From Opitutales bacterium (lineage in GTDB: Bacteria > Verrucomicrobiota > Verrucomicrobiia > Opitutales > PNEW01), in the NCBI GenBank assembly GCA_965197745.1, contig CBDANS010000006.1:512001-576000 (forward strand): DNA of 64,000 bases, given 5' to 3'. Shown here piece by piece: positions 63,509-64,000 of this stretch. Each line of letters opens with the position of its first letter. The stretch's first letter is position 1. Under the pieces are notes generated by a model. It ran no database searches. It had not been told where the DNA came from and saw only the letters and a program-made list of their open reading frames with translations. The translations under genes and the position numbers were made by a program.

Positions 63509-64000
63509 TCAACCGATTTCGTTTCTAAGCTTCGCTATCAGGACCTTGTTAACTTCAGGAATTATCGACAATTCCGAAAGCAACGTCGCTGCATTTTCAT
63601 CTGAATAGACTAACTTTGGCCGCTTGAGTTTCTCGCATGCACAGGCCATATAATGATCGGCATCCGTCCTCCCCCTCTTGGCTTGTTTTACAGCCCCAGA
63701 AATATTCCAGAACGCTGATGTTGCGACAGACCAGTCAGGAAATGGCATTGGCCATTTCTGTGTGCAGTCGCGATCAGACGCGATGAGGATTTCTACTCTC
63801 CAGAACACAGGTAAGTGATGAAAGTTAATCCTCAGATCCTGGGCCATCCGATTGTCATTATAGTCTGGATCGTAACGCAGTGACAGTGGCCCGAAACGGT
63901 CCTGCAAACACACCACGATGTCATCGAAGAATTCCTGATTAAGTTCTTCATGGACTTCAGCCTTCAGATCCACGTCGCTGTAGTCGTCCACCTCCCCAGA
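63509..64000 (-). CDS. Nucleotidyltransferase-like protein (partial, starts beyond window)
   Basis: SGEVDDYSDVDL matches the GS..D.YSDxD NTase motif. Confidence 0.6.
   Translation of the reverse strand, partial: SGEVDDYSDVDLKAEVHEELNQEFFDDIVVCLQDRFGPLSLRYDPDYNDNRMAQDLRINFHHLPVFWRVEILIASDRDCTQKWPMPFPDWSVATSAFWNISGAVKQAKRGRTDADHYMACACEKLKRPKLVYSDENAATLLSELSIIPEVNKVLIAKLRNEIG

Overview
Bacterial chromosome segment, probably Verrucomicrobiota/Opitutae (inferred from the REP type, the ADOP permease and the surface-protein C-terminal domain). Bases 1-2.4 kb are the end of a hopanoid-associated core locus (HpnN-like and HpnL-like genes, GT4), followed by tRNA-Leu(UAA) at 2743-2828. Everything downstream reads as a decaying accessory island: two IS4 copies, four lineages of IS3 (near-complete copies and remnants), an IS110 fragment, many truncated genes, and small detox/modification genes (GNATs, NUDIX, PhyH dioxygenases, Ddl, FosA-like). 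Three patterns stand out. (1) Twelve micro-insertions of 23-43 nt, built from GA-stem-GNA-triloop-stem-GA DNA mini-hairpins, sit at five conserved positions of IS3 transposase genes in four IS3 lineages. Every near-complete IS3 copy here carries at least one, and empty alleles are visible in the window for four of the five sites. (2) A ~190-bp MITE that looks like an internally deleted RAYT (Y1) transposase element occurs four times, and with related GGGTCAG..CTGACCC doublets it punctuates a cassette-like array of unrelated genes (3.7-19 kb). (3) Both IS4 copies inserted into the same 11-bp site of that MITE. All product calls come from motif recognition only; no database searches were run.
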